64,000 bases of DNA, from the IMG/VR virus record IMGVR_UViG_3300035135_002626; one strand, given 5' to 3'. Source of the DNA: a virus. Positions within the stretch are counted from its first letter, which is position 1. Every line of letters begins with the position of its first letter. A program made the translations under genes and the position numbers. The notes under the pieces were generated by a model. That model was not told the origin of the DNA. It saw nothing but the letters and a program-made list of their open reading frames with translations, and did not search any database. Below, one piece after another: positions 10,204-19,599 of this stretch.

Positions 10204-13031
10204 TGTCAGGTTTAGTATTATCAGTTTACAATGCAGTTAGTGAATTACCATCTGGTGCTGCCAATGGTACAATGGCATGGATTGCTGGTAGTACAAATAG
10301 ATTATATATTAGTAACGGTACAGCATGGTATAGTACTAGTGCGTTCGCTAATGTAGCACTTTCAACATATACACTAGCAGGCGATTATCATCATACTTTA
10401 TTGTCTAAAGCAGAGTTAAACGATGCTAATAATACATGGACAATTCGCAATGATTATATCAACGGAATTTCAATTGATCCAAATGATAATAGTATAATAA
10501 TTCCGGGTATGGAAGAACATTGGGCACCTAGTGCAACATATAGACCTGCAATATGGAAATTAAATAATCCAAGTTCAGGCTTGCCTTCGTTGTCGTGGTC
10601 TTCGATACTTACAACTAGTGCCGGCAACGATCCAATGTCAGATTCTGATACAGACGCCGATGGTAACATATATTATGTTTATTGGGGGAGAACAAGCGGC
10701 GGTGATTATGGAGGTATATTTGCTAAAGTATCTCCTACTGGCAGTCTTATCTGGGAAAGTCTTGTATACGATAGTGCTTATGCAGTAAGCACTGCTGACA
10801 GTAAAATGCTTGTTGAAACAATACAAATTGATAAAGAAAATAATATAGCAGTCATCGGTTGTAGAGATAATGATCTAAGATCAAGTTTTATTCAAAAATG
10901 GGATATATCACAGTCTACTCCGTCTATTATTTGGAGTAGAAAACTTTTATATGGAACATCTTTATATAATGGGCAGTTTCATCGTGCTGTTATTGATAAC
11001 AATGGGAACATATATACAAGTGGTGTATCTGCTAAGAGAGAACAAGATTTAGGAGTACCTAGTCCACGTCAAGACGTGTTTGTTACAAAACATTCGTCAG
11101 ATGGTACACTACAGTGGCAAAAACATTATTGTACAAGCGAAACACCTACTATTGCAGTAAGAGGATTTGCTACAGATTCTGAAAATAATTTAATCCTCGG
11201 TGGATATGGATATACGTATGATAATGGGTCACAAAGCGATAGAGATTGGCTTTTAAAACTAGATACAGATGGAAATATATTATGGCAACGGCATATCGGT
11301 CAAGACACCGACGGAACTACTACAGTAGATAATACAACTAGACTAGGTTCAGTGCGCAATATATTAGTAGATGCAGACGATTTTATAATTGCAGCAGGCG
11401 GCAGTAATAGAATTGGATTTTTTGACCCTTATGGGGAACTAATACGTTCGTTAGAGTTTTCTCCTAGTATTGGCACTGATTGTGGTATGATTTTGGATAA
11501 TAACAATAATTTAGTTGTAGTATCGTCGACATCAGTGCAGCAAGGCGCTGACTATCTATCTTGTGCAAGTATATATGTATTACCATCAAATTCGCAACTT
11601 ATAGAAACAGGAACATATAACGATACCGGAAACAGTCTTGGTGTTGATGTAACGATTTCTGAATACAACGATTTAGTAATATATAGTAACGGTGCAGATT
11701 TTGAAATAAACAATGGAATTGCTACTGTAACAAGTGTTACAACGTCAACTACAACATCAGGTACCACAAGAGCATCGGGTTCTGGATATCAGGTTTACAA
11801 CACTGCTTTACCACCTTACGGACCAGTTATCACCAGTATTACAGACGCAAGCGCAGGAACATCACCGTTTACACTAGCAACAGATGGAACTCCTACTGTA
11901 ATCACAGTTACAGCAACAGATACTGATAACGATCCTTTAACTTATAGTTATAGTGTTTCAAGTGGCACACTTGGAGATACAGCAACTATTAGTCAAGCAG
12001 ATAATGTGTTTACTATTACACCAAGTACAAGCGAAGCAAACGCCGGTACATTTGGGTTAACATTTAGTGTAAATGATGGAGATCAAACTACTACAAGTGT
12101 TGCTGAGTTTACATTAAGTTTCGTGGATCCATGGTATGGTGACAGAGCATTATTTGCAGGCGGTACAGGAGATGTGACTACTAGCAACATAGATTATTTT
12201 AGTATTTCGACTGTTGGATCTGTAACGAAGTTCGGGGATTTGTCAACTCGGAGATACTATATGGCAAGTAGCGGGTTGAGTGATTCGACTTATTGTTTGT
12301 TTCTCGGAGGAAGTGACATTGATGTGGGCACCCGAGTGGATACAATCGACTATGTAACTTCTTCTATTCCTTCAGCATCCACTACAGATTTTGGTAACTT
12401 GAGTTCAGGTTCTATGGATGGAACGAGCGGGGTGTGTGATGCTACATACGGGTTACACTTAACAGGATACTTACATCCTAATTACATTAATACAATTGAT
12501 TATTTTACCATTGCTTTGCCAAGTAATGCAACTGATTTTGGAGACGCTACAGATACACAACATTCTAGAGGAGGAGGCACAAATGACTCTACTAGGGGCG
12601 TATTTATAGGTGGTTACGGTACTGCAGGTGCAGGAACAACAGATTACGTAACTATTGCTACACCAGCAAATGCACAAAATTTTGGTAATTTAATTAATAA
12701 TAATTATGACTGTAGTGCTTGTAGTAATAATGTACTCGGTGTTGTCGGCGGAGGCTACGACTCTTCTACCTTTTCACAACTTAGTGCTTTGGATTATATA
12801 ACAATACAAACATTAGGCAATACAACTAATGCCGGAGACTTGACCGTATCAAGACACAAAATATCAGCTTGTAGTAATGGATCAATTGGAGTTTGGATGG
12901 GAGGAAACGCTAATCCTGTCTACAATATTATTGATTATGTAACACTATCAACTACTGGAAATGCAACTGATTATGGCGATTTAACAGTAGGTGGTTACGG
13001 CGGTCAAGCCACTTCAGGTGCACCTGCATAA
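10203..13031 (+). CDS. two-propeller adhesin: knob, SBBP-like beta-propeller, Ig-like spacer, Kelch-like head
   Basis: 942 aa, TAATG-coupled to the upstream gene, no FP module. Repeats DxDGNIY..G / DVFVTKHSSDGTLQWQK / LLKLDTDGNILWQR come first, followed by a WYGDRA head. Confidence 0.75.
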   Translation: MSGLVLSVYNAVSELPSGAANGTMAWIAGSTNRLYISNGTAWYSTSAFANVALSTYTLAGDYHHTLLSKAELNDANNTWTIRNDYINGISIDPNDNSIIIPGMEEHWAPSATYRPAIWKLNNPSSGLPSLSWSSILTTSAGNDPMSDSDTDADGNIYYVYWGRTSGGDYGGIFAKVSPTGSLIWESLVYDSAYAVSTADSKMLVETIQIDKENNIAVIGCRDNDLRSSFIQKWDISQSTPSIIWSRKLLYGTSLYNGQFHRAVIDNNGNIYTSGVSAKREQDLGVPSPRQDVFVTKHSSDGTLQWQKHYCTSETPTIAVRGFATDSENNLILGGYGYTYDNGSQSDRDWLLKLDTDGNILWQRHIGQDTDGTTTVDNTTRLGSVRNILVDADDFIIAAGGSNRIGFFDPYGELIRSLEFSPSIGTDCGMILDNNNNLVVVSSTSVQQGADYLSCASIYVLPSNSQLIETGTYNDTGNSLGVDVTISEYNDLVIYSNGADFEINNGIATVTSVTTSTTTSGTTRASGSGYQVYNTALPPYGPVITSITDASAGTSPFTLATDGTPTVITVTATDTDNDPLTYSYSVSSGTLGDTATISQADNVFTITPSTSEANAGTFGLTFSVNDGDQTTTSVAEFTLSFVDPWYGDRALFAGGTGDVTTSNIDYFSISTVGSVTKFGDLSTRRYYMASSGLSDSTYCLFLGGSDIDVGTRVDTIDYVTSSIPSASTTDFGNLSSGSMDGTSGVCDATYGLHLTGYLHPNYINTIDYFTIALPSNATDFGDATDTQHSRGGGTNDSTRGVFIGGYGTAGAGTTDYVTIATPANAQNFGNLINNNYDCSACSNNVLGVVGGGYDSSTFSQLSALDYITIQTLGNTTNAGDLTVSRHKISACSNGSIGVWMGGNANPVYNIIDYVTLSTTGNATDYGDLTVGGYGGQATSGAPA

Positions 13032-13036
13032 ACCAC

Positions 13037-13065
13037 TTGACAACTTCACATAAATAAATTATAGT
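13037..13065 (+). promoter_or_regulatory. sigma70-type promoter TTGACA-N17-TATAGT with nested late box ATAAATA (13050-13056)
   Basis: TTGACA 13037-13042, 17-nt spacer, TATAGT 13060-13065, all intergenic. GGAG SD precedes ATG 13089. Confidence 0.7.
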
Positions 13066-13088
13066 AGCAGTTAATATGGAGTTAAAGT

Positions 13089-14021
13089 ATGACTGAACAA
13101 AACACTTCTTTAGATAAAGTAGAACAACAAACAACACAAATCGTTAACGCAGATAACCAAGTTACTTTTAATATGCCAACAGTAACTAAAGACGTTATCA
13201 ATAAAAATGCAGTCGCAAAAGTAAATGCAGGCTTGCCGGAGATTGAAGAAAAAACACGTTTCTTTGATCGTAACAACACACAAACAACACTAAGCATGAT
13301 GAGTATTACTATGCTTAATGGTCAATCACCAATGCGTATGATGCGACAAGTTATGGCCGAAGTTGAAAAACGTAAAATGGCACTAGCAGAAGCACAAGTT
13401 AGCCACGCAAAACAATTACAAAAGATTGAAAAACTACAAGCAAAAGTAGATGAAAATCCAGATGACAACGTACTACAAGCAAAACTACGTTTAGCATTTG
13501 TTAGTATCAGTACACTTGAAAGTAAAATTAACGGATCGTTCAAAGACATTGCAACACTAATCGATAGTTATGAAGCATTAAAAGAAAAAAACAATATCGA
13601 CGATTGGGACGAAGAACAGTTTGAAGCATCGGAGAAAAAACACCATATCAGACGTGGCTTTGAATTAATGTATCGTAACTTAATGGATGGTGGTCGTGCA
13701 AGTACTGCTACAATTGAATATATGCAACAGTATGGTATACATCCACAAATTGGTTTAACAGAAGTTAGTGGATATATTAAATTTGTAAATGAACAAATTT
13801 CTAAAAACATTATTCTACACAGTAATCATTTGGAAGAGTTTTTGGACCAAATGGCAGACAAGTATTTCCAATTTGCTGATGCTACAACTGAACGTATCTA
13901 TGGTAAAAAAGATATTTTCAATACTGACTATATGAATAATTTACTTCCTAAAAATACAGAAGAGCCTGAAGAAGAAGTGGAAGAAGTGGAAGAAACTCCA
14001 GAGGAAACTACTGAAGGCTAA
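13089..14021 (+). CDS. charged alpha-helical/coiled-coil protein with acidic tail, function unknown (possible assembly chaperone)
   Basis: 310 aa rich in K/E/Q/M, with a heptad-like stretch (MAEVEKRKMALAEAQVSHAKQLQKIEKLQAKV) and Glu-rich C-terminus. Composition differs from all the T/S/G-rich neighbours. Confidence 0.75.
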   Translation: MTEQNTSLDKVEQQTTQIVNADNQVTFNMPTVTKDVINKNAVAKVNAGLPEIEEKTRFFDRNNTQTTLSMMSITMLNGQSPMRMMRQVMAEVEKRKMALAEAQVSHAKQLQKIEKLQAKVDENPDDNVLQAKLRLAFVSISTLESKINGSFKDIATLIDSYEALKEKNNIDDWDEEQFEASEKKHHIRRGFELMYRNLMDGGRASTATIEYMQQYGIHPQIGLTEVSGYIKFVNEQISKNIILHSNHLEEFLDQMADKYFQFADATTERIYGKKDIFNTDYMNNLLPKNTEEPEEEVEEVEETPEETTEG

Positions 14022-14024
14022 ATA
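14018..14024 (+). promoter_or_regulatory. probable variant late promoter box CTAAATA
   Basis: TAAATA core overlaps the stop codon, 28 nt before ATG 14053, the same spacing as the other boxes. Confidence 0.4.
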
Positions 14025-14052
14025 CTATAAAATAATTATAGGAATTTAGCAA

Positions 14053-16176
14053 ATGGCAATTGGTTTCCCTGCAATCTCAGCCGGTACACTTTCTTTAAAC
14101 GGTAACATCAATGGTAACTTTGAAGTATCATCTACAGTTGGCTGGCTGTATGGTGCTGCAGTAAGTCCTGATGGTACTAAACTTTTTGCAATGGATCGTC
14201 GAGCGCCTGGAGGTGCTGGAGCAGGAACGCAAAAGACAGGCAAAGTTCACCAGTTTACGGCACCTGCAGGATGGTACACTACATTTAATGTTAATCCAAC
14301 CTATGACAATGTATCATTGAATTGGACCGGACAGACAAGTTATACTAGAGGACTACGATTTAATACATCTGGAAATCGTTTATATATTTTAGGTGAAAAT
14401 GATGATGTATATCAATACAATTTAGGAACTGCATGGAGCCTGTCGGGTGCATCATATAGTAATAATAGTATTACTCTTACTACAGTTGCCAGCGATGTAA
14501 ACAGTATTTTGTTTAATAATAACGGAACCAAAATGTATGCGCTCGACGGGAGTAGTAACACGATATATCAGTATACTTTGAGTACTCCAGATGATATAAG
14601 TACTGCTACATATGACGGTTCTTCATCAGACTACGTTATACCAGGGGCCAGTTTCCCGGTGGATTTTAATTTCAATTCAGATGGAACTAAACTGTATATA
14701 CAAATCGGTAGTTATTTACATCGTTATAGCCTTTCAGTTGCATATGATACCTCAACAGCAACAGCAGATAACACTAGTGCAAGTTTTAGTAGTTTTTATG
14801 TTGGAAATGGTCATCCTAGTGGTGCAACATCATTAGGTGGGAACCCTACTGGATTTATATTTAATCATGACAGATCACATATTTTTCATTTGCACGGTGT
14901 ATATAATAGTACATACGGCGAGTATGTTTCTGGGTTTGTGCCATATGCAGTCACTGAAGTAGACGGTGTAGGTGACGGTTCTACATTTACATTCAACAAC
15001 AGAGATTATATATATGATGGCACTAAAGAAGCATGGGAAGTAAATTCACCGATTACAGTTGCACAAACTGGGTCACCTGTTTCAGATCTTAGTGAACTAG
15101 CAGACAGTACGAGTATTTTAGATGATCCTGCAAACACAGTCTTAACATACGCAAACTTAGATGAAATTTTAGCAGTAACAAATCCTGCAACCGGACAACT
15201 TGCATTTAACTTAGATACATCGGATATGTATATATTTGGTGGTACAAACTGGCAAAAAGTTTATGATGAAGATGATTTACCGCCTCCGGTTGTTTGGTAC
15301 GGCGACAGAGGTGTAATATCACTAGGAGATAGAAGTAATACAAAATTAAATACACTAGAATATGTTGACATAACAACAACTGGTAATTCCACTTCGTTTG
15401 GTACTTTAACTGTTGGTCAAGAAAACGGCACAAGTACAGCAGGTGGTGATAGAATGGTTATTTCTCTTGGAATGACTGCTACTACTCCTGCCACTAAAAT
15501 GGAATATGTTACAACTTCTAGTCCAGGAACAGCAACTAGTTTTGGAGATTTATCAGATTCTAGACGTGCCCAAGGTGGTGTTTCAAACGGATCAAGAGGA
15601 TGTTTTGGTGGCGGTCCGAGTACAATGCAAATTGATTATATTACAATTGCAACCGAAAGTAATGCAACTGCATTCGGAACACATTCAAGTGGATTAGGAC
15701 AAGCATGGGGATCGAGTGGTGCTGAAGATGGCACTTATGGATTGTTTATGGGAATAGATGACTCTCCGGGTGCAGATGGTCCTATTGATTATATTACAAT
15801 TGCAACAGAGAGCAATGCAACACTATTTGGTCAACTAACAAGTAATAGAACTTATGGTTGTGCAGTATCTGATTCGACTAAAGCTGTCCATTGCGGTGGC
15901 GCAGGCTATGTTACAGATATGCATTATGTAAATATTGCAACACCTGGTAATTCTACTAGTTTTGGATCTTTGTCACTTGGAAGATCATATCCGGCTGGCA
16001 CATCAAACAATAGCAGAGGTATTATATCTGGTGGATATCACACTGGTAGTAACAGCAATTACACTAACAGTATTGAGTACATTGATATAGCAACTATAAG
16101 CAGTGCAAGTAGTTTTGGTACAATATCTAGTGGTGCACATTCAAATGGTTGTGCAAGTTCAGGGAATGCAGCATAA
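14053..16176 (+). CDS. adhesin with an extra beta-propeller inserted in its N-terminal FP module, short stalk, Kelch-like head
   Basis: 707 aa. MAIGFP is followed by ~298 aa of 'xGTKxYx..YxYxLSxAxxxSTAxY' repeats, then GDGSTFTFNNRDYIYDGTKEAW resumes the module. WYGDRG head. Confidence 0.8.
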   Translation: MAIGFPAISAGTLSLNGNINGNFEVSSTVGWLYGAAVSPDGTKLFAMDRRAPGGAGAGTQKTGKVHQFTAPAGWYTTFNVNPTYDNVSLNWTGQTSYTRGLRFNTSGNRLYILGENDDVYQYNLGTAWSLSGASYSNNSITLTTVASDVNSILFNNNGTKMYALDGSSNTIYQYTLSTPDDISTATYDGSSSDYVIPGASFPVDFNFNSDGTKLYIQIGSYLHRYSLSVAYDTSTATADNTSASFSSFYVGNGHPSGATSLGGNPTGFIFNHDRSHIFHLHGVYNSTYGEYVSGFVPYAVTEVDGVGDGSTFTFNNRDYIYDGTKEAWEVNSPITVAQTGSPVSDLSELADSTSILDDPANTVLTYANLDEILAVTNPATGQLAFNLDTSDMYIFGGTNWQKVYDEDDLPPPVVWYGDRGVISLGDRSNTKLNTLEYVDITTTGNSTSFGTLTVGQENGTSTAGGDRMVISLGMTATTPATKMEYVTTSSPGTATSFGDLSDSRRAQGGVSNGSRGCFGGGPSTMQIDYITIATESNATAFGTHSSGLGQAWGSSGAEDGTYGLFMGIDDSPGADGPIDYITIATESNATLFGQLTSNRTYGCAVSDSTKAVHCGGAGYVTDMHYVNIATPGNSTSFGSLSLGRSYPAGTSNNSRGIISGGYHTGSNSNYTNSIEYIDIATISSASSFGTISSGAHSNGCASSGNAA

Positions 16177-17465
16177 TGGCAATTGGATTTCCAGGCAGTC
16201 CTTTTAATAAAAAACAATTTAGTGTTGATTCTAAACTTTATGAATACAACAGTACACTAGGTGTTTGGTCAAAAGGGGTTAGAGCTCCAGTAAGTCCTGG
16301 TACAGCAAGTATTACAGATTTGAGTCAGTTAACTGATGGATCAAGTCTATTAAACAACGTAGGTTCAACTATTCCTTCATATGCAACCGAAGTTGAAATA
16401 CTTTCGCTGAGTGTTGGTGTACAAGATGGTCAAATGGCTTATGCAGAAGATACTGACAAGTTATATGTATTCTCTGGATATAGTTGGTATAAAACCGGAA
16501 CATCTGTTCAAGCAGTTATTCCTCCTGCACCATTTACATGGGGAGGTGACAGAGGTATATCACCTGGTGACCTTTATAATAATAGTGCAGTGACAGCTAT
16601 GCATTATTTTTCAATTTCTGTATTATCTGGAAACGCAACTGACTTTGGAAACATGACTGTTGCACGTGCAACTGGTGCTGGTGCCAGTAATGGTACACAG
16701 GCTTTATTAATGGGCGGCAGAGCCGGTGGATATTATAATACTGTAGACAAAGTTACTTTCGCTACATTGAGTAGTGCAGTTGATGCTACAGACTTATCTG
16801 CTAGTAGAGCATACAATAGCGGCGTCGGCGACGGAACTTATGCATTCTCAGGCGGCGGCTATGAATCGGCTCCTGTTTCTACTGTAGAATCGTTTAATAT
16901 TTCTACACCGAGTACTGCTACTGCACATGGCAATTTAACAGAAGCAAGATACGGTGCAGCCGCAATGAGTAATGGTAATATAGGTGTGTGGGCAGGTGGG
17001 ACTAGTGGCACAGGTGCTTCAGATGTTATTGATCAAATCACCCTTGCAACAGCCGCAACTGCTACAAGTTTTGGTAATTTGTTAGCAGTAGACGGTACAA
17101 ATAAAATTATGGCATCAACTGCGGTATGTGGAACGTCTGACAATACATATGGCGTAATTATGGGAGGCGGCACCGGGTCTGATTCATCTAATCCTTCGAC
17201 ACGTGCTAACACTACTATCGAATATATAACAATATCTACTGCTGGAAATTCGCAAGACTTTGGCGACTTAACACTAGCAAGATATGGAATGTCAGCGGTT
17301 AGTGATGGTACATATGGCGTTGGCATGAGTGGACACACAGGCATAAATTCGAATGGTACTAACCGTTTAGATTATATAACAATAGCATCTCCAGGTAATG
17401 CAACTACTTTCGGAGAAAATAGATATATTAAACGAGACCAAATGGATGGGATATCCGGAGATTAA
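16176..17465 (+). CDS. short-stalk Kelch-like adhesin (cassette gene A)
   Basis: Start revised from 16149 to ATG 16176 (TAATG overlap), giving 429 aa. Starts MAIGFPGSPFNKKQF; paralog of the 19600 ORF. Confidence 0.8.
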   Translation: MAIGFPGSPFNKKQFSVDSKLYEYNSTLGVWSKGVRAPVSPGTASITDLSQLTDGSSLLNNVGSTIPSYATEVEILSLSVGVQDGQMAYAEDTDKLYVFSGYSWYKTGTSVQAVIPPAPFTWGGDRGISPGDLYNNSAVTAMHYFSISVLSGNATDFGNMTVARATGAGASNGTQALLMGGRAGGYYNTVDKVTFATLSSAVDATDLSASRAYNSGVGDGTYAFSGGGYESAPVSTVESFNISTPSTATAHGNLTEARYGAAAMSNGNIGVWAGGTSGTGASDVIDQITLATAATATSFGNLLAVDGTNKIMASTAVCGTSDNTYGVIMGGGTGSDSSNPSTRANTTIEYITISTAGNSQDFGDLTLARYGMSAVSDGTYGVGMSGHTGINSNGTNRLDYITIASPGNATTFGENRYIKRDQMDGISGD

Positions 17466-17479
17466 TGAAAGAATGACAA

Positions 17480-18694
17480 ATGAGTAAAATAGGTTTTTCA
17501 AGTAATCCAAGCAACGGTGCATCACACACTTGGCGCAGTAGAAGAAGATTTAATTATAGTAGTTCTAAAGGTGGCTGGCAAGCAAAAGGTGCAGTACCTC
17601 CTGCGCCTAGTGCACCTACATTAAACAACAATACAGATCTCAAAGATATGAACGATGCAACAGGACTAGCTGCCAAAATGCGTGGTATGGCAGTTATGTA
17701 TAATTCATACAGTGATTTTCCTACCGAAGATATATATACTGGTAGTTTTGCGTATGCACGTGATACAAATGAACTTTATGTATGGACTGGTGCAAGTCCT
17801 GTTCCACTTTCTTGGTATGGTGATCGTGGTATAGTTAACGCTTCAAGTGATAGTACTATTGAATACTTTGACATTACAACAAGTGGAACTACATCAGATT
17901 TTGGCAGCTTCCCAACAAATGTCAATAGTGTCGGTAGTACATCCGCAACTACAAATGGTACACTAGCAGTAACATTAGGTGTAGGAACAGCTGATTATTC
18001 AGAGGACATGTGGACATATGTTAACGTTGCAACTGTTGGTAACGCAACAGAAATCGGCGCATTACGTATATCGCAACAATCCCATGCAGCTGTCAGTGAT
18101 GCTACATATGGTGTGTTTGAATTCGGCACTCCGGGCAATATAGAATATGTAACTATTGCAACCAGTGGTACATCTAGTACATGGGGAGCAGATGTAAACA
18201 GTGGTTTTAGAAAAACAGGCGCAGGTGATGGAACATATGGACTATTTGCAGGTGCTAGAGCAAGTAACGACGGCGAAACACATATTACAAAACTTACAAT
18301 AGCAACAACAGGCAGTGCTACCGATCATGGTGATCTATTGGAAGGCAGATGGAAAATGGCAGGCGGTGGCGATGGAACATATGCTCTATTTGCCGGTGGC
18401 GGCACAAATAGAAATAGCGCATTCCAAGCATGGACTAATATAGAATACGTTACTGTTGCTACATCGAGCGGTGGAACAACATTTGGATCTTTATCAACAC
18501 AAAGAAATGCTCCAGTTGGATCACACAATGATACAAGATTAGTTATTAGCGGAGGAGATACATCCGGTCGAGGAGTAGGAGTCATATCTTCCCAAGAATA
18601 TATAACAATGGGTACAGCAGGAACTGCTACATCATTTGGTAATCTAAGCAGCCCTGAATATTACAATAGCGGTACATCAGGCAACGCAGCATAA
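17480..18694 (+). CDS. short-stalk Kelch-like adhesin (cassette gene B)
   Basis: 404 aa. Starts MSKIGFSSNPSNGASHTWRSRRRFNY; paralog of the 20844 ORF. Confidence 0.8.
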   Translation: MSKIGFSSNPSNGASHTWRSRRRFNYSSSKGGWQAKGAVPPAPSAPTLNNNTDLKDMNDATGLAAKMRGMAVMYNSYSDFPTEDIYTGSFAYARDTNELYVWTGASPVPLSWYGDRGIVNASSDSTIEYFDITTSGTTSDFGSFPTNVNSVGSTSATTNGTLAVTLGVGTADYSEDMWTYVNVATVGNATEIGALRISQQSHAAVSDATYGVFEFGTPGNIEYVTIATSGTSSTWGADVNSGFRKTGAGDGTYGLFAGARASNDGETHITKLTIATTGSATDHGDLLEGRWKMAGGGDGTYALFAGGGTNRNSAFQAWTNIEYVTVATSSGGTTFGSLSTQRNAPVGSHNDTRLVISGGDTSGRGVGVISSQEYITMGTAGTATSFGNLSSPEYYNSGTSGNAA

Positions 18695-18708
18695 AAGGAT
18701 AAAACAAT

Positions 18709-19572
18709 ATGGCATGGGTAGAAGTACCATTAACAGAAATTACAGTAGCGTCGGGTGGTGTATTATTTACAACCACTGGTACACATACGTGGACTGTGCC
18801 GTCTGGGGTGTCTAAAATTAGTGTTGTTGCTGTTGGCGCAGGTGGCGGAGGCGATGGAGCAACATATAATAATGACGGCGGCGGAGGCGGCGGTGGCGGC
18901 CTCGGCTGGAAAAATGATATTCCGGTAACAACAGGAGATACAATAACAGTGGTAGTTGGAGCAGGTGGCATCGGACAAGGTGCTGCCGGCGGTGATAGTT
19001 ATGTTATTGATACAAGTACAGTTTGTGGTTTCGGTGGCGGCAGTGGCAACAGCTCAATTGGCGGATCAGGAGGCACATACGCTGGTGATGGCGGCGGTAA
19101 TGGAGGCGACGGCGGCACTGGACTAAGTTTCGGTAACGGTGGTGGAGGCGCAGGTGGCTACTCTGGCAACGGCGGCAACGGCGGCATTGGTTTAGATTCG
19201 TATGGGCGCCAAGGGTTTGCTGGCAACGGCGGCGGTGGTGCTGGCGGTAATAACGGCCACGGCGGTGGCGGTGGCGGTGGTGTTGGCCTCTACGGAGAAG
19301 GTGCCAGTGGTGTTGTAGCAAGCGGTAATAACAAAGGCGGTGGTGGTGGATCAGGTGGCACCGACGGTGTTGACGGGTTCGATTCCTCTGGCAACTACGA
19401 AGGCGGAACAGGCGGTAACTATGGCGGCGGTGCTGGAGGCGGTGCAGAAGGAGCACGACCAAACTCAACTGGTGCAAACGGTGCAGTAAGAATTATTTGG
19501 GGAACAGGTAGAGCGTTTCCTAGTACTAATGTAGACGAACTATCATCAACCGATACAGAAACAACTGTGTAA
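18709..19572 (+). CDS. glycine-rich adhesin-like protein (cassette gene C)
   Basis: 287 aa. FTTTGTHTWTVPSGV..ISVVAVGAGGGG, many GGxGG motifs, ending GAVRIIWG..R.FPSTNVD; typical phage Gly-rich receptor-binding architecture. Confidence 0.8.
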   Translation: MAWVEVPLTEITVASGGVLFTTTGTHTWTVPSGVSKISVVAVGAGGGGDGATYNNDGGGGGGGGLGWKNDIPVTTGDTITVVVGAGGIGQGAAGGDSYVIDTSTVCGFGGGSGNSSIGGSGGTYAGDGGGNGGDGGTGLSFGNGGGGAGGYSGNGGNGGIGLDSYGRQGFAGNGGGGAGGNNGHGGGGGGGVGLYGEGASGVVASGNNKGGGGGSGGTDGVDGFDSSGNYEGGTGGNYGGGAGGGAEGARPNSTGANGAVRIIWGTGRAFPSTNVDELSSTDTETTV

Positions 19573-19578
19573 TAAATA
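19572..19578 (+). promoter_or_regulatory. T4-like late promoter box ATAAATA
   Basis: 21 nt before ATG 19600, at the boundary between the two triplet cassettes. Confidence 0.65.
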
Positions 19579-19599
19579 CACTAAACAGGATGTATTAGT

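Noticed and set aside
19004-19477. Arg/His-rich 157-aa minus-strand ORF resembling a DNA-binding or metal-binding protein
   Set aside because: It is the antisense reading of poly-Gly codons (GGC/GGT) in the Gly-rich gene.
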